Assembly (NCBI GenBank): GCA_009926935.1
Contig: RFNZ01000002.1
Span: 89,473-153,472 of the forward strand
DNA length: 64,000 nt
Source of the DNA: Pseudomonadota bacterium
GTDB taxonomy: Bacteria > Pseudomonadota > Alphaproteobacteria > Micavibrionales > UBA1664
Direction: 5' to 3'
Below are positions 58,039-64,000 of this stretch, piece by piece. The translations under genes were made by a program, and so were the position numbers. Under the pieces are notes generated by a model. That model made no database searches. It was not told the origin of the DNA and worked only from the letters and a program-made list of their open reading frames with translations. Within the stretch, counting starts at the first letter, position 1. Each line of letters starts with the position of its first letter.

Positions 58039-59282
58039 GCGTCGTAAAATCCCAAGGCTTGGATATTCTGGTTGAAGACTTGGCAGGCAGCCTCTGGGTT
58101 GCAGCCATCCAGAAGGGCAACCGCCTCGCAGCCCTCGAAATCGACCCGTATGCCGAACTTGTACGCTGGGGCTCGATCTACTGGGCCAAAGTGATGCGCG
58201 TTGACGCATCGATCAACGCGGCCTTCGTCGATATGGGCTATGACGTTGTGGGCATGCTTCCGGCCTCCGAAATTCCAGGGCTCAAAAAAGGCGCTAAAAT
58301 CGGCAAGCATTTGCGTAACGGCCAGTTTGTGATGGTGCAGGTTAAGACAGCCCGCCAGCCGGAAGAAAACGAAGAAGGCGCAGACCCCCGCCCCGATGCC
58401 ATGAAAGCATCGAAAGTGAGTATGGATATTGCGCTTCAGGGCCGGTATCTCATTTATACACCGCACACACCGGGCAACCGCATCTCGCGGCGTATCAAAG
58501 ACCCAACGGTCAGAAAACAGCTCATGGCCATGGGCAAAAACATCAAGGATGTCGAGGGGTGTATTTTGCGTGCCTCAGCATCCTACACCCAAACCGATAT
58601 GCTCGTCCGCGAAGCGCGTATCCAGAAAGCGATCTGGGATTCCTTGCAGGAATTCACAAAGGACCGCGAGCCGGCCCTCCTCATGCTGGGGCCGGATGCC
58701 TTGCAGCGCGTTCTTGCCGATTTTGCGACAAGCCATGTTGCCTCTGTCCAGATTTCTGATCCCGAGCGCCGTACGGAAGCCGATAACTGGTGCGATTTAT
58801 ACGCGCCCGAACTCATGGCCAAATTGCAGGACCGCAAGGTAACCGGCACTCGTACCGGAATGGGCCTGATGGAGGCGCATGACCTGCTCGGCCAGATCGA
58901 GGGGTTTGTCCGCCCCTACGTTATTTTGGATAGCGGTGGAAGTATCGTCATTCAGGATACCGCAATCGGCACAATGATCGATGTCAACACCGGTGCGGGC
59001 GCAAACGCAGCCGCGGTCAACCACGATGCCGCCATTGAAATCGCGCGTCAGATCCGGCTGCGGAACATCGGCGGCACCATCCTCATCGACTTTGCAGGGC
59101 TCAATAACAAGGCGGATCAAAAACGCCTTGCAACCACCTTACTCAAAGCCTTTGATCTCGACCCATGCACGGTCGAGCTGCACGGGGTCACACGCCTTGG
59201 CCTGTTTGAAATCAGCCGCCACCGCCGCACGCCGTCTCTCATGGATCGCGTGGAGCTCATGCAGGGGCAGACAGACGCATGA
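58035..59282 (+). CDS. Ribonuclease E/G family protein (short, RNase G-like)
   Basis: S1 domain GSIYWAKVMRVDASINAAFVDMG. Catalytic region DVNTGA...AAIEIARQIRLRNIGGTILIDF. ATGA overlap with the maf stop. Confidence 0.8.
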   Translation: MSVVKSQGLDILVEDLAGSLWVAAIQKGNRLAALEIDPYAELVRWGSIYWAKVMRVDASINAAFVDMGYDVVGMLPASEIPGLKKGAKIGKHLRNGQFVMVQVKTARQPEENEEGADPRPDAMKASKVSMDIALQGRYLIYTPHTPGNRISRRIKDPTVRKQLMAMGKNIKDVEGCILRASASYTQTDMLVREARIQKAIWDSLQEFTKDREPALLMLGPDALQRVLADFATSHVASVQISDPERRTEADNWCDLYAPELMAKLQDRKVTGTRTGMGLMEAHDLLGQIEGFVRPYVILDSGGSIVIQDTAIGTMIDVNTGAGANAAAVNHDAAIEIARQIRLRNIGGTILIDFAGLNNKADQKRLATTLLKAFDLDPCTVELHGVTRLGLFEISRHRRTPSLMDRVELMQGQTDA

Positions 59283-59372
59283 TTTATTGCGCCGCAATAA
59301 AATTTTGCTTTACAGCGCAATAAAATCAGGCTTAGCCTTCTCCCATAACAATAAAAATACAGGGAGATAGAA

Positions 59373-59930
59373 ATGCACAACCGATATATTTCGGGCCCAG
59401 CCGCCGTTTTACTTCTTACTTTCTCGTTTGCAACAGGTAGTGCATTTGCCGGCCCTATGGATAAAGGCGCAAGCGCATCGGCTATCACACGCGATGATTT
59501 GCAAAGATGCATGAACCGTAATGATGGCATGGTTAACTTCATCGCCACACGGGCCTTAATACCGCGGGATAGCATGGATACGCCTCGCCTTTATCAATCT
59601 TCAAGCGATACTCTCTCAGATGCGGTTGTATCGGCAGATGGCGGCGCTCACCCTATCGTCATTGAGTCCAACGGTGTCTACATGGAATTTCGTGCCGACG
59701 GTCAGCACAGATCGGCAAAAACACAGCTCTTGGCACTCTGCTCGGCCAATCCTGCTTTGGACTTACCTGATGAGTTTAGAGCACAGGTTACAGCACAACT
59801 CTACCCGGCAAAAAGTCTCATCGATATAGAGCAAGAAGAAGCCTGGAAAAGGCGCCTTCTGCGCCAGAAGTTAAGGGATGGAGGCGCATCTGGCATCCCT
59901 AGCCTCATCGACGAACCGAAAGGGCCTTAA
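59373..59930 (+). CDS. Secreted hypothetical protein
   Basis: Signal peptide AAVLLLTFSFATGSAFA. 185 aa, with no recognised domain. Confidence 0.5.
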   Translation: MHNRYISGPAAVLLLTFSFATGSAFAGPMDKGASASAITRDDLQRCMNRNDGMVNFIATRALIPRDSMDTPRLYQSSSDTLSDAVVSADGGAHPIVIESNGVYMEFRADGQHRSAKTQLLALCSANPALDLPDEFRAQVTAQLYPAKSLIDIEQEEAWKRRLLRQKLRDGGASGIPSLIDEPKGP

Positions 59931-60007
59931 GCCCTGGCATCGTTATCATAATTTTGGCTGGACACAGGGCGGGGAAGCCCCTATAACCGCCCTGCCCTTA
60001 GCGGCAT

Positions 60008-60083
60008 GCCCAGGTAGCTCAGTCGGTAGAGCAAGGGATTGAAAATCCCTGTGTCGGCGGTTCGATTCCGTCCCTGGGCACCA
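60008..60083 (+). tRNA. tRNA-Phe (GAA)
   Basis: gcccaggtagctcagtcggtagagcaagggattgaaaatccctgtgtcggcggttcgattccgtccctgggcacca. Anticodon loop ttGAAaa. Confidence 0.93.
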
Positions 60084-60140
60084 TTCTTTCCAATAAGCCG
60101 ACACAAAACCAGATATGTCCTGCGTGCAACGCACGCGGGG

Positions 60141-60180
60141 GTCGGCGGTAGGGTTCCGTCCCTGGGCACCATTCTTTCCA
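60141..60180 (+). repeat. Duplicated 3' portion of tRNA-Phe plus flank (att-like direct repeat)
   Basis: gtcggcggt....ttccgtccctgggcaccattctttcca at 60141-60180 matches 60053-60092, which is the T-arm, acceptor and CCA of tRNA-Phe plus 9 nt of flank. The two differ only in about 5 central nt, and the longest exact run is 27 nt. Confidence 0.85.
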
Positions 60181-60252
60181 CATACACGCCATATTCCCCT
60201 GGTAGAATTGTTGTGAATCTAGGGTAGAATCTCGTCCTCACGGGGGGCTCTC

Positions 60253-61077
60253 ATGCGCGGTATTCTTCAGGCATTTTCAATTTTGTCTCTGGCGCTGGCT
60301 TTATCAGGCCCCGCAAGGGCCGATACCATCACGATCGTGGCCGACGAGTGGTGCCCGTATAACTGCGCACCGGATAGCGGTAAACCCGGCATCTTCATTG
60401 AAATCGCCCGCTACGCCTTTGAAAAAGAGGGGCATACAGTAGACTACAGGATAATCCCATGGACCCGCGCCATAGAGGATACGCGCGAAGGCAGATTCAC
60501 GGCCATCACGGGTGCATCCCATGGCGACGCCTCGGATTTTATTTTCCCCGATCTGCCTCAGTCGGCTTCGCTCATGTCTTTTTACGTCAAAGCCGGCAAC
60601 GCGTGGCAATACACGGGCATGGATAGCCTCGCTGCTGTTTCGCTGGGCAGCATTGATTCTTATGCCTACGGCGAAGAAATAGACAAATATATAAAAGCAA
60701 ATTCTGAAGATATGGGGAAAGTTCAGGCAATCGGCGGTGAAACCGCTCTTGCCGATAACGTCAGCAAGCTGCTCAAAGGCCGGATTGATGCCGTGATCGA
60801 AAGCGAAGATGTCATGGACTACTACCTCGCTCAAAACGGGTTAACAGGCAAACTAGTAAAAGCAGGACACCTCCCGTTGACCGAAGACCAAAGTTTGTTC
60901 ATCGCCTTCTCGCCCAAAAACCCGAATGCAAAAAAATATGCGGCGCTACTTACCGATGCCATGAAAACCCTTCAGGAAAATGGTCACTTGAATGCCATTC
61001 TGAAAAGCTACGGCCTAAGCCACTCGACCCTTCAAGAAAATAATGAAGCTGTTACCCAGCCCACTGCAGGACAGTAA
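60253..61077 (+). CDS. Periplasmic substrate-binding protein, family 3 (amino-acid-binding-like), probable sensor partner
   Basis: Signal peptide ILSLALALSGPARA. SBP_bac_3-like layout (WCPYNC..., IPWTRA...). Its stop is 2 nt before the kinase gene. Confidence 0.7.
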   Translation: MRGILQAFSILSLALALSGPARADTITIVADEWCPYNCAPDSGKPGIFIEIARYAFEKEGHTVDYRIIPWTRAIEDTREGRFTAITGASHGDASDFIFPDLPQSASLMSFYVKAGNAWQYTGMDSLAAVSLGSIDSYAYGEEIDKYIKANSEDMGKVQAIGGETALADNVSKLLKGRIDAVIESEDVMDYYLAQNGLTGKLVKAGHLPLTEDQSLFIAFSPKNPNAKKYAALLTDAMKTLQENGHLNAILKSYGLSHSTLQENNEAVTQPTAGQ

Positions 61078-61079
61078 AT

Positions 61080-63377
61080 ATGCTCAAATCCACGCTACGC
61101 AGCTTTAAATCTCTCTCGTTCCTGTCCTCAGCCATGCAATTCGCGCTGACTTTGGCCATCATGGCTGTGGGCAGCTATTTCATTGTCGTCAAAATTCAGG
61201 AGATTTCTCTCGAAAACATCAGCCGCGAGTCTCACAGCTCAGCGCAATTCGTCTCCCAAACCATCGCAAGGCCCCTCTGGAACCTCAACAGACTTGCCGT
61301 CCGCGATGATCTCAAAGCCCTTTCTGAAAGCGATATTTTTTGCGGCGCCCGCGTTCTCGATGATGAAGGTAAAGTTTTTGCAAGTCTGGATTTCCCCCAG
61401 TCAATCAACACGGAACAGCTACTTATAACGGAATCGATCCTTTTTGATGACCCGACCGACGATGCCAGCAACCTCATTTCAATCGGCACTCTCGAAATGT
61501 GCGCAACCATGGCACCTTTCAAGGCGCAATTGGCAGATGTTCTACAACGCCTGATTACGGCCTTCGGCATACTTTCGGTAGCCATCCTTCTGGCAACGCA
61601 CCTCTCATTGCAGATCGTGTTCAGCCCCCTGCGCCGCTTTAAGGAGGCTATGAGCGAATATCTCGTCTCCATGCGCCCGATTTCCGATAAAAAGCTATTG
61701 CAGGAAAACGAAGTCGGCGACCTCGTTCAAAGCTTCAACATTCTGGCTATATCCCTCTCGGAGTCATATCGCGCCCTCAAAAGGGCCAAAGACGAGGCTG
61801 AAACGGCTTACAAGGTCAAAACCGACTTCTTCGCAAACATGTCTCACGAACTGCGGACGCCGCTCAATAGCGTCATCGGCATGACGCAGCTCCTGCAAAA
61901 CATGAAAATGGATGACGAACAGCGCGAGATGTTTGACAGCGTTCGCCGCTCGGCAGATGCCCTGCTGAAAATCGTAAACGACATTCTGGATATTTCAAAA
62001 ATTGAGGCCAAGCAAATCCAGCTCGAATACGTAGCCTTTGACGCCTACAAGGAAGTCCGCCATACGGTCCAATCACTCAAACCACTCGCAAGCCAAAAAA
62101 ATATAACACTCAGTTTCGAGGCCGCTCAAAGCAAAAGCCTCGTATTCGGCGATCCGATGCGTTTTTCCCGCATCGTGACAAACTTGATCAGCAATGCCGT
62201 GAGATACACCGAAAAAGGCCGCGTAACCGTCTATGCCCGCGCCTTGAAGGTACGCGAAAACCGTATCAACATGACCATCGAGGTCGAGGATACGGGCATC
62301 GGGATCCCGGCTGATAAAATCGACAAAATCTTTGAAAAATTCTCGCAGGCCGATACCTCAACCACCCGTAAATACGGCGGCACCGGCCTTGGCCTTACCA
62401 TCACAAAAGAACTGGTCGAGCTTATGGGCGGGCATATCTATGTAACGAGTGAGGTTGGCAAAGGTTCGGTATTCAGCATCACCATTCCGTTCGAGATGGC
62501 ACAGCAGGAAGACCTAAAGCAAAAACATAAAACCGATGAATTCTCGGATAGCGCACCTCAAAATCTGACCGGTATACCCATTTCAACCGCCCGCATCCTG
62601 ATCGCTGAAGACCACGTCATGAACCAGCTGTTCATGAAAAAGCTTTTCAAAAATCTGGGCATGATAAAATTTACACTTGTCGAAAACGGCCGCGAGGCGG
62701 TGAACGAGCTAAAGATCAACGCCTACGACCTCGTCCTCATGGATTGCCACATGCCTGAGATGAACGGCTACGATGCGACAGTCGCCATCCGCAACCTTGA
62801 TGATCCCATACGCCGCGCAATCCCGATTGTCGCGATGACGGCCAACGCCATGCCGGAGGATGAGCAGCGCTGCCTCTCCGTCGGTATGAGCGGGTATATC
62901 AGCAAACCGGTTGATATCGGCGTGTTCAAACGTGTTCTGGGCCAGTGGCTCAATTTTTCTGTTCAAGAAGCACTCGTATCAGTTCAATCACAACCCCCGG
63001 TCACCGCGCCCGCTGACGAACCGGAGGATGCGGGCCTACCCGTTAATCTCGATAACCTCAAGGCAAACAGCATGGGTGATCTCGATTTTGAAAAGGAAAT
63101 GATAAGCATGTTTGTATCACAGGGCCGCCGCCAGTTGGATGAGCTCAAAACACATTGCGTGCACGGACCAAGCCATGACTGGGTCGAGGTTGCGCACGCC
63201 CTCAAAGGCACAGCCGGCAGTGTAGGCGCCGAAAAAATGCGTGAAAAATGCGCAGCGGCTCAGCTCATGGAAGATGTCTCGGCTGATGACCGCACAAAAA
63301 AGCTGGCACGTATCGAGGCCGATTATAGCCGCGTCGTAGCCTACCTCACAAAGGAAGGGCTTTATAAGCCGGAGTAG
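61080..63377 (+). CDS. Hybrid sensor histidine kinase (TM sensor, HAMP, HisKA, HATPase, REC, Hpt)
   Basis: H-box FFANMSHELRTPLNSV, G-boxes DTGIGI and GGTGLGLTI, receiver ILIAEDHVMN...LVLMDCHMPEMNG...KP, and a C-terminal Hpt HALKGTAGSVGA. Confidence 0.92.
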   Translation: MLKSTLRSFKSLSFLSSAMQFALTLAIMAVGSYFIVVKIQEISLENISRESHSSAQFVSQTIARPLWNLNRLAVRDDLKALSESDIFCGARVLDDEGKVFASLDFPQSINTEQLLITESILFDDPTDDASNLISIGTLEMCATMAPFKAQLADVLQRLITAFGILSVAILLATHLSLQIVFSPLRRFKEAMSEYLVSMRPISDKKLLQENEVGDLVQSFNILAISLSESYRALKRAKDEAETAYKVKTDFFANMSHELRTPLNSVIGMTQLLQNMKMDDEQREMFDSVRRSADALLKIVNDILDISKIEAKQIQLEYVAFDAYKEVRHTVQSLKPLASQKNITLSFEAAQSKSLVFGDPMRFSRIVTNLISNAVRYTEKGRVTVYARALKVRENRINMTIEVEDTGIGIPADKIDKIFEKFSQADTSTTRKYGGTGLGLTITKELVELMGGHIYVTSEVGKGSVFSITIPFEMAQQEDLKQKHKTDEFSDSAPQNLTGIPISTARILIAEDHVMNQLFMKKLFKNLGMIKFTLVENGREAVNELKINAYDLVLMDCHMPEMNGYDATVAIRNLDDPIRRAIPIVAMTANAMPEDEQRCLSVGMSGYISKPVDIGVFKRVLGQWLNFSVQEALVSVQSQPPVTAPADEPEDAGLPVNLDNLKANSMGDLDFEKEMISMFVSQGRRQLDELKTHCVHGPSHDWVEVAHALKGTAGSVGAEKMREKCAAAQLMEDVSADDRTKKLARIEADYSRVVAYLTKEGLYKPE

Positions 63378-63380
63378 TGA

Positions 63381-63995
63381 TTAAGCAGTGGCGGCCTTAG
63401 AAACAAAAGTCGGCGCTTTCATGATCTGTACATAAATCGCATCGCGGCTGACGGGTTTTACAATATAACCTTTGGCACCGCATTCGCGCACGCTCATGAC
63501 CGTGTCTTTTGTGGCATCAGCACTAATCATCACGGCATACGCCTGCGGGTCAAACTGCCTGCGTATGGCGTTCACAATATTGGTACCCTTAAACCCTTTG
63601 AGGTGGATATCAACAAACACAATGTTGGGCGCATACTCTTTATACATCGCCAGAAATTCATTGGGCACGGCGGTCGTACCTACGTAACCAAAACCTTTAA
63701 GAGCAAACTCCATGGTCTTTAAAACCATGGGATCATCATCAAGGATAAGAATACAGTTCGATGGCCGGCTCATGCGTGCCAAAGAAACCCGTACGGCCGA
63801 ATCTCCTTCCGGGACCAAGCGGCCAAGTATTTTTGAAACCTGCTCCATACCCTTTTCGGTCAGGTCATTGGCCACCAGCTTCAGGGCACCGCCGCCCACA
63901 CGGTCAAAAATAGCCCTGTTAAAAACGGACATGGCCTGCCGCGACCGATTATCGGCAATCATCATAATTTCACGTTGTTCGGCAAAATTAAACAC
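63381..63995 (-). CDS. Response regulator with a C-terminal receiver domain; the N-terminus is near the window edge
   Basis: REC domain ILILDDDPMVL...VFVDIHLKG...VMISADA...GYIVKP. The ATG is at 63995, only 5 nt from the window end, so the true start could lie outside the window. Confidence 0.75.
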   Translation of the reverse strand: MFNFAEQREIMMIADNRSRQAMSVFNRAIFDRVGGGALKLVANDLTEKGMEQVSKILGRLVPEGDSAVRVSLARMSRPSNCILILDDDPMVLKTMEFALKGFGYVGTTAVPNEFLAMYKEYAPNIVFVDIHLKGFKGTNIVNAIRRQFDPQAYAVMISADATKDTVMSVRECGAKGYIVKPVSRDAIYVQIMKAPTFVSKAATA

Positions 63996-64000
63996 TTCCA

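Noticed and set aside
59285-59327. The perfect palindrome ttattgcg-c-cgcaataa after the RNase G stop, and the direct repeat cgcaataaaat (twice) upstream of the 59373 gene.
   Set aside because: These are too short to tell apart a weak terminator, an operator and chance. The hairpin has essentially no loop and no T-run.
60181-64000. The binding-protein / hybrid-kinase / response-regulator cluster, considered as possible cargo of a tRNA-Phe genomic island.
   Set aside because: Both tRNA-derived direct repeats lie upstream of the cluster (60053-60180), and no integrase or further repeat is visible. The cluster looks like an ordinary two-component locus.

Overview
This is a chromosomal window of about 52-55% GC with alphaproteobacterial synteny, and almost all of it is coding. 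It contains the following.

- **Complex I:** nuoA-nuoI are on the minus strand, with several interruptions.
- **Housekeeping genes:** ald, the tig...clpP-lon-hupB block, nnrD, glnA, parE, lptD, a DEAD-box helicase, dxs, a TetR-proB-proA-SGNH operon, tal, dcd-murA, a UPF0262/LMW-PTP/infA/maf/RNase G block, and a binding-protein/hybrid-kinase/response-regulator cluster.
- **tRNAs:** eight genes (Asp, Val, Leu, His, Glu, Thr, Phe).
- **Not seen:** rRNA, CRISPR, transposase or integrase.

The most unusual features are these.

1. An HTTM (vitamin-K-carboxylase-like) protein and a DCC thiol oxidoreductase sit between nuoE and nuoF.
2. A palindromic element family with 28-bp terminal repeats abuts the nuoD and nuoG start codons. 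One copy carries a 63-aa tautomerase-like ORF.
3. nuo is split at G|H by an opposite-strand SDR and a GT4 glycosyltransferase.
4. Two tandem toxin-like DXD glycosyltransferase paralogs and a secreted protein lie between tig and clpP, and clpX is absent there.
5. A second palindromic family lies 3' of tRNA-His and tRNA-Glu.
6. tRNA-Val and tRNA-Phe each have a duplicated 3' end nearby.
7. There is an orphan 824-aa PcfJ-like protein.

All calls rest on reading the sequence and recalled motifs. No database search was run.
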